Assembly (NCBI RefSeq): GCF_000341395.1
Contig: NC_020304.1
Coordinates: forward strand, 30,001 to 62,000
Reading direction: 5' to 3'
DNA length: 32,000 nt
DNA from: Desulfocapsa sulfexigens DSM 10523
GTDB taxonomy: Bacteria; Desulfobacterota; Desulfobulbia; Desulfobulbales; Desulfocapsaceae
The notes beneath the pieces were generated by a model. That model saw only the letters and a list, made by a program, of their open reading frames with translations, was not told the DNA's origin and made no database searches. Below are positions 23,864 to 32,000 of this stretch, piece after piece. Numbering within the stretch: position 1 is the stretch's first letter; each line of letters starts with the position of its first letter. The position numbers were made by a program, and so were the translations under genes.

Positions 23864-25600
23864 ATGATAAAGCGTTACACCATGATCGGTCTTGCTGGCG
23901 CAGTGCTTTCAGCGCAGGTGTTCACAGGGACAGCATTTGCTGGACAAACAGCATTGTCACAGGAAGAACTTATAAATGAAATCAACATGTTGAAAAACAT
24001 TGTTCTGGATCTCAACGAACGTCTTGCCGGAGCAGAAGAGATGCTCCAGATGTCTCTTGAGATGAAAGAACAGCAGGATGCTCAAGTTGCGGATGTTGTA
24101 GAGGTTGTTGATGAACTTGACGAACGACTTGGTGACGCCGAAAAACATACCGCACTGGACAGAGTTACCATGGGTGTAGAACTTCAGACCCAGCTCAACT
24201 CCATTCATATGGACGTAGCAACCATGCCTGCAGCCAGTCAAATAATGATTGGTCAGATGGCTGTTGCAGGGTCACAGTTCTCCTCAGCTGAAATGGCCCA
24301 GATCCAGCAGATGATGAAACAGCAGGGGACTGAAAAACAATCTATTGATAATGATGCTCTTTTCACCAGTCGCATCCGTCTGGATCTTAAAGCAAAACCA
24401 GCCAACTCCCTTTCCTTTGTCGGACGTCTCTCAGCAGCCAAAGTTTTCGGCGATTCTACGGGAGTCAAATGGTACAATGGTGGCCCCAATGCAGTCACAA
24501 TGGATGGCAACATCCACAGTAATGGTAGTGACTCAGCCCTCCGTGTAGAGCGTGCCTTCTTTACCTATTTTGGCGATATGGGTGACGTTCCCTATCACTT
24601 CTCCCTAGGCAGGCGTCCCGCACTCGGTGGTGCCCCTGCTGAATTTTCAACATCCAGTATGGTTGGTGGCTCCCCCATGGCCCATGGTATCAACTGGCAG
24701 TTTGATGGTGCCTCCCTTGGTTTCGGCCTTGCCGACATAACAGGAATTCCTGGAGCGAACTTCAAACTATGCTGGGGGGTTGGCTTTGAGTCCGGAGTCG
24801 GTTCAGGAAACTCCTACTCCATGTCCTACAATTCTGACATCGATGACATGCAGTTTGGAGGATGGATTGCCAATCTGTACCAAGATGAAAACACTACAAT
24901 AACAAACATGTATGCCCATGCGGCAAACGTAACCGATGGATTCTCCGGTCTCGTTGTTACCCCCTTCACTTTGAATGGCCAGGATCTTAATGGTGACGGA
25001 CAATACGACCAATTTCAAATGAACGCCAATGATGGCGCCTATATCAGCCGTACAGAACCTACTGCTAATATCGGCTCCATTGACATCGTCACCCTGCTTG
25101 CACAATCAAAATTTGCCCAGGTTGATTTTTTTGTTGATTTGGCCATGAGCCATGCCAGACCTTCAGGACTTTCAGCAAACCCAACCATGCAACTCCTTGG
25201 TACTGACGCTCTACTTAACTCCAACGGAGAACAAAATGACCGTACTGGTTACTCTATCTGGGCCGGTGTCAAAACTGAGCTTCCATGGCAGGCAAGCATT
25301 GGATTTGAGTACAACTGGGGTTCAGAATACTGGATCGGCTTCACAGGCGGTGAAGACAATCCTGCCGGCTCCAAACTAGCTACCCGTGGATCCGTTTATG
25401 AGGTCTTCTATAACCATCCAATGGTAGAGAACAAGCTCACTCTTTCCATCGGAGCCCAGTACTATGACTACGACTACTCAGGAAGTGGTAATCCCATGGG
25501 CGCACCTGTTAAAATTGGAGAGCTGAGTGCACTTGATGCCTTTCTCCCTGTTACTGAAAGTATGTGGAACTATTACATGAACCTTGTGTATCGCTGGTAA
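23864..25600 (+). CDS. Outer-membrane porin-like protein (DUF3373-type), with N-terminal coiled-coil region
   Basis: Signal peptide MIKRYTMIGLAGAVLSAQVFTGTAFA; coiled-coil LNERLAGAEEMLQMSL...VVDELDERLGDAEKHT; FTSRIRLDLKAKPANSLSFVGRLSAAKVFGDST; C-terminal aromatic-rich beta strands ending NYYMNLVYRW. Start set to 23864. Confidence 0.8.
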   Translation: MIKRYTMIGLAGAVLSAQVFTGTAFAGQTALSQEELINEINMLKNIVLDLNERLAGAEEMLQMSLEMKEQQDAQVADVVEVVDELDERLGDAEKHTALDRVTMGVELQTQLNSIHMDVATMPAASQIMIGQMAVAGSQFSSAEMAQIQQMMKQQGTEKQSIDNDALFTSRIRLDLKAKPANSLSFVGRLSAAKVFGDSTGVKWYNGGPNAVTMDGNIHSNGSDSALRVERAFFTYFGDMGDVPYHFSLGRRPALGGAPAEFSTSSMVGGSPMAHGINWQFDGASLGFGLADITGIPGANFKLCWGVGFESGVGSGNSYSMSYNSDIDDMQFGGWIANLYQDENTTITNMYAHAANVTDGFSGLVVTPFTLNGQDLNGDGQYDQFQMNANDGAYISRTEPTANIGSIDIVTLLAQSKFAQVDFFVDLAMSHARPSGLSANPTMQLLGTDALLNSNGEQNDRTGYSIWAGVKTELPWQASIGFEYNWGSEYWIGFTGGEDNPAGSKLATRGSVYEVFYNHPMVENKLTLSIGAQYYDYDYSGSGNPMGAPVKIGELSALDAFLPVTESMWNYYMNLVYRW

Positions 25601-25652
25601 GCCACTATAAAAAACAAAACATGGCCATTGAAGTAACCGGAGCGGTATAAGA

Positions 25653-25697
25653 GCCGTAACGAAATTGATATAAATGTCTATGGTATTTCGTAACGGC
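25653..25697. repeat. 13-bp imperfect inverted repeat downstream of the porin gene
   Basis: GCCGTAACGAAAT (25653-25665) with ATTTCGTAACGGC (25685-25697), one mismatch. Confidence 0.55.
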
Positions 25698-25739
25698 TTC
25701 TAAGTTCTTCCTACTTGAGACTTTTTATCACCGCACAAA

Positions 25740-25777
25740 GGGGGCAGGCCGAAATTTTCGACCTGCCCCCTTTTTTT
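25740..25777 (+). terminator. Strong rho-independent terminator after the porin gene
   Basis: GGGGGCAGG (25740-25748), inner palindrome cgaaattttcg, CCTGCCCCC (25762-25770), then ttttttt. Confidence 0.92.
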
Positions 25778-25829
25778 GCTAATCACCTTAGAAAAACGTT
25801 CTCAATATAATTCATAGCTGGAGATATAC

Positions 25830-27965
25830 ATGCTCTCTGCCAAAAAAGCTGTTTTCTTTATCATTCCCTTGCTCGGCCTTTCCTTCGCACCTGCAAACAT
25901 CGTCAAGGGAGCAGAGCTCAGTCAATGCGCTCTTTGTCATACAGATCCTGAGTTAATAGACGAATTAACAGAAGAAGCCATCATGTATGGCGAGGGAGAT
26001 CCTGAAATTTCCTCCAGACAGATAGGTAATGGATATGGTGTAAAACAGGCACCATTTGATCTTTATGAAAAAATCCTAGTAAGCGAGTCTTTTCTCTCCT
26101 CCACTCATGGACAAATCCCCTGTCAACTCTGCCACCTCGGAAATCCTGACAGCAATGATCCGGCAACCGCCCACGCCGGAATGCTGAGAGATCCAAGTCT
26201 CAGCAGTACGGAAACATGTGGCCAGTGTCATGAAGACATCGTCTCAAAGGCTATCAACTCACTACACATGAACGCCACCCCACTGTACGCATCTCTTGAA
26301 AAAAGATGCAGCAGGGAACAAATGGATAGTATGAAGGAATCCACTCTTCAAAAGCAGTGCCTTAGTTGCCACCAGGGAAGCTGTGGATCATGTCATGTCA
26401 GTAGGCCTGCCGTTTCTGGAGGTGGCCTGCGACAGGGGCATATTTTCAAGAAAAAACCTGACTTTGTTGACCAGTGCCTTCCCTGCCATACCTCCCCTAC
26501 CGGTAATGATTTCATTGGCAAAAACGGGAAAGGCGATGTGCACTATCGCAAACACCAAATGACCTGCTCCGGTTGCCATTCCGGGCCTGAATTACATGCC
26601 TCCGCCGGGAAAGCAACAAACAGATATCATTTTGACCAGCGTCCCCAGTGTATCGACTGCCACACAGACATCTCCACTGGCCCGATTCCCGAGCATGTCA
26701 CTCATAAGAATGTTTCATGCTATGTATGCCATGCAGCACCTTATCAAAATTGCACATCCTGTCACATCGGCTTAGATGAGAACGGTGTTTCCTATTCACA
26801 ATCCTCTCCCCCAAAGCAGAATTTCAAGATTGGACTGAATCCAGACAAAAAAGGTGCGCGTTATGTTCTCATGCGCGAAGTAGGCATTCATCGAGACACC
26901 TTTAAAAATGATATTGGAAAGATGAAGCGATTCTCAGCCCTTCCCACTTACAAAATGGCAACACCCCACACAATCCAGCGGCGGACTTGGCAGACTGCAG
27001 ATTGTAATCACTGCCATGGAAACAAAGACCTTTTCCTGACGCAGGATACTGTGCCCTTTGACGCCATTGTAGCCAACAACCATGTCCTGCTAAAGTCCAC
27101 CGATATCCCAGAAAAAGTTCAGACAAAACGTTCGTTTATCCTTTCCCCAACCCATCCCGACCCAGCCATGCGGGTTTCCGCGGACTGGTTAAAAAAACAT
27201 TATAAGGATAAAAATCTTGTCATTCTAGATACCCGGACCAAAGCACAATACGAAAAAGGACACATTCCAGGAGCCTATCACCTCTGTTTCTGTCTCTTTA
27301 GAACAGGAGCCGAAGCTACTCCACCATACATGATGCTATCTCCTCAAGAGCTCGCCAAAACTTTAGGCGGTCCGCGTCTTGGACTTTCCCCAGATACCCG
27401 CGTGGTTCTCTACGATGATGGGCACAGTGGTCGTGGTATAGTTTTTCTGGCATTACAGATGATTGGCCATCAGAAAATCTCCTTTCTCGATGGCAATATC
27501 TCTTCATGGGAACAGAGTGGTTTCACCCTTGCTAAGGGAAAAGCACCTCAGGCAAAGGTGAACGATTATCCTGTTAAGGCTACAAACCCTCTTGTGGACA
27601 ACCATGGTATTATCGAACTCATGGGTTCCGGACAGGCTATAGTGGTTGATGTCCGCAATGCTGCCCAGCACAATGGTCATATGAAACGATCTGATATCAC
27701 GAAGAAAGGAGGTTCCATCCCGGAATCTCTGAGCTTTCCATTACAGACTGTCGTTGACGGTGAAGGAATGATTCATTCTGATGAGCGTTTATCCTGGTTG
27801 CTCTCCACAGCCGGCATAAACCAGTCTCGAGAAAAAAAGATCATTGTAACCTGCAATACGAATATGCTGGCTGCAGAGTTCTATATGATACTGACCTACC
27901 TCGGATACGACAACGTCAGAATCCACGATGGCTCATGGGCTGAATGGTCTGCAGAATTTCAATAA
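25830..27965 (+). CDS. Multiheme c-type cytochrome (11 CXXCH) fused to a C-terminal tandem rhodanese (thiosulfate sulfurtransferase-like) module
   Basis: CXXCH motifs CALCH, CQLCH, CGQCH, CLSCH, CGSCH, CLPCH, CSGCH, CIDCH, CYVCH, CTSCH, CNHCH. Then LVILDTRTKAQYEKGHIPGAYHL...RVVLYDDGHSGRG (first rhodanese) and AIVVDVRNAAQHNGHMKR...KKIIVTCNTNMLAAEFYMILTYLGYDNVRIHDGSWAEW (second rhodanese, active-site Cys present). Confidence 0.9.
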   Translation: MLSAKKAVFFIIPLLGLSFAPANIVKGAELSQCALCHTDPELIDELTEEAIMYGEGDPEISSRQIGNGYGVKQAPFDLYEKILVSESFLSSTHGQIPCQLCHLGNPDSNDPATAHAGMLRDPSLSSTETCGQCHEDIVSKAINSLHMNATPLYASLEKRCSREQMDSMKESTLQKQCLSCHQGSCGSCHVSRPAVSGGGLRQGHIFKKKPDFVDQCLPCHTSPTGNDFIGKNGKGDVHYRKHQMTCSGCHSGPELHASAGKATNRYHFDQRPQCIDCHTDISTGPIPEHVTHKNVSCYVCHAAPYQNCTSCHIGLDENGVSYSQSSPPKQNFKIGLNPDKKGARYVLMREVGIHRDTFKNDIGKMKRFSALPTYKMATPHTIQRRTWQTADCNHCHGNKDLFLTQDTVPFDAIVANNHVLLKSTDIPEKVQTKRSFILSPTHPDPAMRVSADWLKKHYKDKNLVILDTRTKAQYEKGHIPGAYHLCFCLFRTGAEATPPYMMLSPQELAKTLGGPRLGLSPDTRVVLYDDGHSGRGIVFLALQMIGHQKISFLDGNISSWEQSGFTLAKGKAPQAKVNDYPVKATNPLVDNHGIIELMGSGQAIVVDVRNAAQHNGHMKRSDITKKGGSIPESLSFPLQTVVDGEGMIHSDERLSWLLSTAGINQSREKKIIVTCNTNMLAAEFYMILTYLGYDNVRIHDGSWAEWSAEFQ

Positions 27966-28089
27966 AATTGGAGTATTAGTTTTTCTACCCCACCTGAAAC
28001 AGGCCCCACAGGCGACAGGCAAGAACATCCAGCGGGTAGTCTGAACTCAAGGAAAACTTTCCAAATTCTCTCCTTCCCCAAATAAAAAA

Positions 28090-28124
28090 GGCCCCCTCCC
28101 TGATCCAGGAAGGGGGCCTTTTTT
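28090..28124. terminator. Bidirectional rho-independent terminator between convergent genes
   Basis: aaaaaaGGCCCCCT (28090-28097)...CCTGatcCAGG...AGGGGGCC (28111-28118) then tttttt; A tract on one side, T tract on the other. Confidence 0.92.
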
Positions 28125-28149
28125 ACAACAGAATACCAGCTAATTTTCT

Positions 28150-28842
28150 CTATTCACAAGTCTTGGGCTTTTCAGCATCAAGTGCGTACTGCCGAAAAAA
28201 CTGATGGAGATGCTCCAGCTGTGCGATGGAGTAATTATAGCTATCAAATTCTGGCATAGCCTTTTTTAACTTCTTAAAGTCATTGGTAAAGAAACGATCC
28301 CATGCCTTCTTGGTGCGATCAGCAGGAGACAGTATAGGGGCATTATTTTTCTTGTGACAGGCCAGGCATTTTCGGAAGATATAACGTCCCTTACCGGCAT
28401 TACCCGCATCCATATCGAACTTTTCCTGGTTCGTGGCACTGGTCTTACTGGCAGCTTTCTTCATCGCCGAGGAGGACTGTGTTGTTGTTCTCTGGGGCAT
28501 GGCAGCGACAGCAGCACTTCCTGAATTATTTTTCACTGCAGTATCAACAAGATAACGATGAATATTCTCCAGCTGTCTATCATTAATTCCAACAGCAGAG
28601 AAATCATGATCCATCTCCCTTAATTTCTTGTAATCGTTAGCAAAAAAGACTTCCCACGCCTCAGCACTCCGTTCCTGAGGCTGTAAAGATGTCAGTCCTT
28701 TTTCCTTATGACATGAGCGACAGGTCTGAATAGCATACTTCCCCCAAAGGGCATTCCCGCCCATAGAATCAAAGGCAGCCTGAGAATCCTGTACTGCAAC
28801 AAACAACAAGCCAGCAACCATGGCTGACGCAAACATTTTCAT
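28150..28842 (-). CDS. Di-heme periplasmic cytochrome c with two homologous repeats
   Basis: Signal peptide; CRSCHKEKG...ERSAEAWEVFFANDYKKLREMDHDF and CLACHKKNN...DRTKKAWDRFFTNDFKKLKKAMPEF: internal duplication, one CXXCH each. Confidence 0.85.
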   Translation of the reverse strand: MKMFASAMVAGLLFVAVQDSQAAFDSMGGNALWGKYAIQTCRSCHKEKGLTSLQPQERSAEAWEVFFANDYKKLREMDHDFSAVGINDRQLENIHRYLVDTAVKNNSGSAAVAAMPQRTTTQSSSAMKKAASKTSATNQEKFDMDAGNAGKGRYIFRKCLACHKKNNAPILSPADRTKKAWDRFFTNDFKKLKKAMPEFDSYNYSIAQLEHLHQFFRQYALDAEKPKTCE

Positions 28843-28963
28843 AAATCACTCCTCAGAAAAACGTTTTTTTATTCACAATGCCCTGCAAAAGGTCATTTTT
28901 TCTACAATAAGAAAGATACATGACTGCAGACAAATTACCAAGTAAATTTACTCCCTTTCTCTG

Positions 28964-30766
28964 CTATTCGTTATATTTTCCACCTGACTGCCTTTCAATA
29001 AAGCCCCAATAGGGGTAATCCACCTCATATTCTGCAATCAGCCCGGGACTATGCTCTCTGCTGGCAACAAGCCAGAGTTTATTTCTTCGTCTCTGCTCGG
29101 TCACAGAACTGAGTGGGTCCCAATCCGGATACAGCACCATGGCGTTATCAGCACTGTACTCTATATCACCTGAACCCTTAAAAACCCCAAGATGCGGCGT
29201 TTCCTTATAGCTCTTCCCATCCCCCCTGGAAAGTTCTGAAATAACAAGGAAAGAGACGTTCAATTCATCACGAATGGATTCCATTTGTCTCAGCCAGGCA
29301 TCAATACCTGTTCTTCGTTCTGAAAAATCCTTAAATGGTAACTTATGCAGGCTATCTATTACGACAATTGTATAATCGCTATGGGTCTCATGGTGGATAA
29401 AATCAATATGACGACGCATAATTTCCGGAGTTACCTGCCTGTCATTGATAACCCTGAAAAACTGCAGCATCTCTTGAAGGCGTTCGCAGGCCCCCCTATA
29501 TCGTGCCGCCTCGTCAGGGCTGAAAGATCCTTTCCGTATTGCCTCTGAAGAGAGTTGACTCAAGCGGCAAAGCGTACGATGATACAGTTTCTGACGACCA
29601 TTTTCGAAGTCATAATACAATACCGGAATGTTGCGCAATGCCATATCAGTGGCTATCTGGATCAAAAAAGTGGACTTCCCTGACTTTGGCGCTCCACCTA
29701 CGACATTAATACCGTGAACGCCATCAAGAGCGTCGTCGAAGAGTGGAAATCCTGTTCTAAGAGCCATGTAGGAGGATCCCCCCTCCATGGAAAGCTGTTC
29801 CTGGAAATGCGCATATTCCCGCGATGGAGTCGTGAAAGGAGAAAAGGCCCTGGCACCCTGAATCAACGCAGAAACAGCAGCACGAAACTGCTTGCCTTTA
29901 TCTTTTGCCAGCTGGCATAGAGTGTAATCTTTTGCCAATCCAACGGGCCACCTGAATGGTCGCACCTTATACCCTATACGAGCGGCGAGTTTTCGCATAC
30001 TTGCTTCAGCCTCGGCACTGTTACTGGTAACTAGAAAAAGGGTTTTGATAAAAGCAAACCTCTGCGGATCGATACTCTCAAGCACATGAGAGTCGGGCAC
30101 TGCTACAGCAGGGTATCCTAATTGCTTTAAGGCGAGAAGTGTCTCTTCCCCTTCACAGAGAAAAAGGCTGCCATTTTCACAACGATTTATGTCCTCCACA
30201 TTAAAAATCTGATACTCCTCACTAAAGAACTGTTCATTACCATGCCAGAAATAATCATCCTGACGGTCAGGAAAGACACAACGGGCAGCGTAGCAGTTTC
30301 CATCCTCCTGGAAATAGGGAAAAACAATATAGCGTCCATTGAAGCCAACATGCAATTGAGACAGAGCATCCTGCCCTATCCCTTTCTCACTAAAGCGATC
30401 CAGCAGTGGTTCTGTGAAATTCCCCTCATAGGATTGTATCTCAAGATTTCTATTTGCGGAGGGATAGTCAGCGGTGCTTAGAATTGGTTCCCGGTCAGGG
30501 TCATAACCAGGAACCTTAGCAAGATCGATACCTGACAGCTTAGCAAACCAGAGAGGAAAGCCACCGGGGACACAGTTGTTCAGACAACGAAAATAACCAT
30601 GAAAGAAACCGCTCTTTTTGAGGAAAACAACTAATCGATCATGGGGGTCAAATCCCCTTTCGTGACAAAAGGGACAATCGGCGGTCAGATGTTTTTTTTC
30701 GCCCCTGGCATTTACAAGATTACGCTGGTAGAATTCCGCAACACTATCATTCAGCTCAGTTACCAT
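28964..30766 (-). CDS. Primase-helicase-like protein (Zn-finger, TOPRIM-like, C-terminal DnaB/RecA-fold ATPase; T7 gp4/Twinkle-like layout)
   Basis: Zinc-finger-like ADCPFCHERG...GYFRCLNNC; TOPRIM-like GSLFLCEGEETLLALKQLGYPAVAVPDS; Walker A VVGGAPKSGKSTF; Walker B TIVVIDSLHKL; DnaB-like FKGSGDIEYSADNAMVLYPD. Confidence 0.8.
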   Translation of the reverse strand: MVTELNDSVAEFYQRNLVNARGEKKHLTADCPFCHERGFDPHDRLVVFLKKSGFFHGYFRCLNNCVPGGFPLWFAKLSGIDLAKVPGYDPDREPILSTADYPSANRNLEIQSYEGNFTEPLLDRFSEKGIGQDALSQLHVGFNGRYIVFPYFQEDGNCYAARCVFPDRQDDYFWHGNEQFFSEEYQIFNVEDINRCENGSLFLCEGEETLLALKQLGYPAVAVPDSHVLESIDPQRFAFIKTLFLVTSNSAEAEASMRKLAARIGYKVRPFRWPVGLAKDYTLCQLAKDKGKQFRAAVSALIQGARAFSPFTTPSREYAHFQEQLSMEGGSSYMALRTGFPLFDDALDGVHGINVVGGAPKSGKSTFLIQIATDMALRNIPVLYYDFENGRQKLYHRTLCRLSQLSSEAIRKGSFSPDEAARYRGACERLQEMLQFFRVINDRQVTPEIMRRHIDFIHHETHSDYTIVVIDSLHKLPFKDFSERRTGIDAWLRQMESIRDELNVSFLVISELSRGDGKSYKETPHLGVFKGSGDIEYSADNAMVLYPDWDPLSSVTEQRRRNKLWLVASREHSPGLIAEYEVDYPYWGFIERQSGGKYNE

Positions 30767-31985
30767 TAATAAGATCCGTCATTTTCTTAGCTTCAAGTTC
30801 AGTGTCAAAACTGATGTGAACAGAACGGCCAGGCTCAGCAGAGTACAGGTTACGCACGGCAACAACGGTTCCGGAAAGACTCACCTGTTTTTCGTGTCCT
30901 TCACTATCACTAAAAAAAATCTTCACTTGACGCCCAAGAAGCGTTCGTGCCTGTTTCCGCTGGGTTATCCTCGACAGAAATGACAATCCTCCTGTGGAGA
31001 TATCACTCCCTTCTCCGCGGATAGTCGTATCTGTAAGTTCTCCACTGTCATCGAGCAGGATGATGTGGATTGAATCCGCCAGTGGAATTCTCTCTTCTTG
31101 ACGCCGTTCAGCACCCGTGCTAAGAAAAAAATCATTCACCTTATCAAATCTAAGACAGTAGTCCTGGATTTTCGCTTCAATGGCTGGATGCTCTTCCCGC
31201 CACTCATCTACAGACTTCATGGAAAGAGTGGACAACTCTACGCTCCCCATACTTGCCGCATTCAGAGTCCATACTGAATCATCAAAAAAGGAGGCCCCAC
31301 CAAAGACATTTCCAGGACCAACCGTCTTCACCAGCGTTTCATTCTCTTTTTCGTTAAAATAGAGTTTCACCCGTCCCTTATTCACAAAGAAAAGACGCCA
31401 CTGGGGATCCCCCTGTTTAACAATAATGGTCTCTGTAGGGTAGGTTTCATGTTCCAGAGAATGATACAAAACATTAAATTCCTCCGTCGTCAGCAGGTCA
31501 TACAAATCCGACCAGATAAGGATATGCCCCTGATCAATTGAATTACTTTTGGCATCTTCTATAATTTCTGCGGCCCTGATAATCTCAGCCAACGCCATAG
31601 CATCTATATCAATCAGACGGAGACGTAATGCTTCTGCCTCATTAAATTTTCTCAATTGGGCCGTTTTTTCAATCAGTGCACTAAGTATTTTTTTCGCAGA
31701 TTCCGCCTTGTCCTTACCCAGTAAGGCGTACACTTCACGTTCTTCCGGGTAATCTGTAATTGGCTCGTATTCTTTCTCAACAGGAGGCGGTACGCTCTTT
31801 ACCACAGATTCCACTGCGGCAGTTCTAGCCTCCTGGTGCTTCTCTACCCTGGCATCCAGGCCACTCCTTTGTGAGTTCTCCTTCTCCTCAATAAGGGCAA
31901 CTGCCAGTTTTGCAGCACGAACACTCTCCTGACCAAACTGGTTGCGACCACCATCAATGATACTCTGCAGCGGTACCAAGGCCAT
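30756..31985 (-). CDS. Cyclic nucleotide-binding-like domain + C-terminal PilZ domain protein (409 aa)
   Basis: cNMP-like TYPTETIIVKQGDPQWRLFFVNKGRVKLYFNEKENETLVKTVGPGNVFGGASFF; PilZ-like ERRQEERIPLADSIHI...GSDISTGGLSFLSRI (RxxxR and DxSxxG intact). Overlaps the 5' end of the helicase-like gene by 11 nt. Confidence 0.85.
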   Translation of the reverse strand: MALVPLQSIIDGGRNQFGQESVRAAKLAVALIEEKENSQRSGLDARVEKHQEARTAAVESVVKSVPPPVEKEYEPITDYPEEREVYALLGKDKAESAKKILSALIEKTAQLRKFNEAEALRLRLIDIDAMALAEIIRAAEIIEDAKSNSIDQGHILIWSDLYDLLTTEEFNVLYHSLEHETYPTETIIVKQGDPQWRLFFVNKGRVKLYFNEKENETLVKTVGPGNVFGGASFFDDSVWTLNAASMGSVELSTLSMKSVDEWREEHPAIEAKIQDYCLRFDKVNDFFLSTGAERRQEERIPLADSIHIILLDDSGELTDTTIRGEGSDISTGGLSFLSRITQRKQARTLLGRQVKIFFSDSEGHEKQVSLSGTVVAVRNLYSAEPGRSVHISFDTELEAKKMTDLINGN

Positions 31986-32000
31986 CGAGGAGTCAGTGGC

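Noticed and set aside
28964-30766. Interpretation of the primase-helicase gene as a prophage remnant
   Set aside because: No capsid, tail, terminase, integrase or phage regulatory gene is adjacent in the window, though sequence beyond 32000 is not visible, so this is only provisionally rejected.
1-32000. CRISPR arrays, tRNA/rRNA genes, IS elements, integrases or toxin-antitoxin pairs
   Set aside because: No regularly spaced direct repeats, no tRNA/rRNA signatures noticed, and no transposase, integrase or recognisable TA protein in the ORF track.

Overview
The window looks like ordinary chromosomal sequence from a sulfate-reducing, Desulfobulbales-like bacterium (lineage is an inference from gene content). 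No prophage, transposon, CRISPR array, rRNA or tRNA was recognised. Left to right: a 5'-truncated amidohydrolase of the MTA/SAH deaminase type, two tandem tatA-like genes, a PilZ protein, a small CXXCH cytochrome, a structured intergenic element, an EF-hand-like protein, a split/fused glutamate synthase with ferredoxin modules, a lone PhnD-like binding protein, a Cys-rich protein overlapping a class A PBP gene, a Pit transporter with a PhoU-like partner, a P-loop + FHA-like + metallophosphatase fusion, mutL, a 3D-domain lipoprotein, trmFO, an M48 protease, a heme-type HAMP sensor with no output domain, a large porin-like protein, an 11-CXXCH cytochrome fused to a tandem rhodanese, a di-heme cytochrome, and a terminal pair encoding a DnaB/Twinkle-like primase-helicase with an apparently degenerate TOPRIM, overlapping a cNMP-binding + PilZ protein. 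The strongest candidates for an undescribed system are (1) the overlapping cNBD-PilZ / primase-helicase pair, (2) the P-loop/FHA/phosphatase fusion beside Pit/PhoU-like genes, (3) the multiheme-rhodanese fusion in a porin/sensor/cytochrome cluster, and (4) the multi-hairpin intergenic element at about 2420-2525. Domain calls come from reading motifs by eye; no database search was run.
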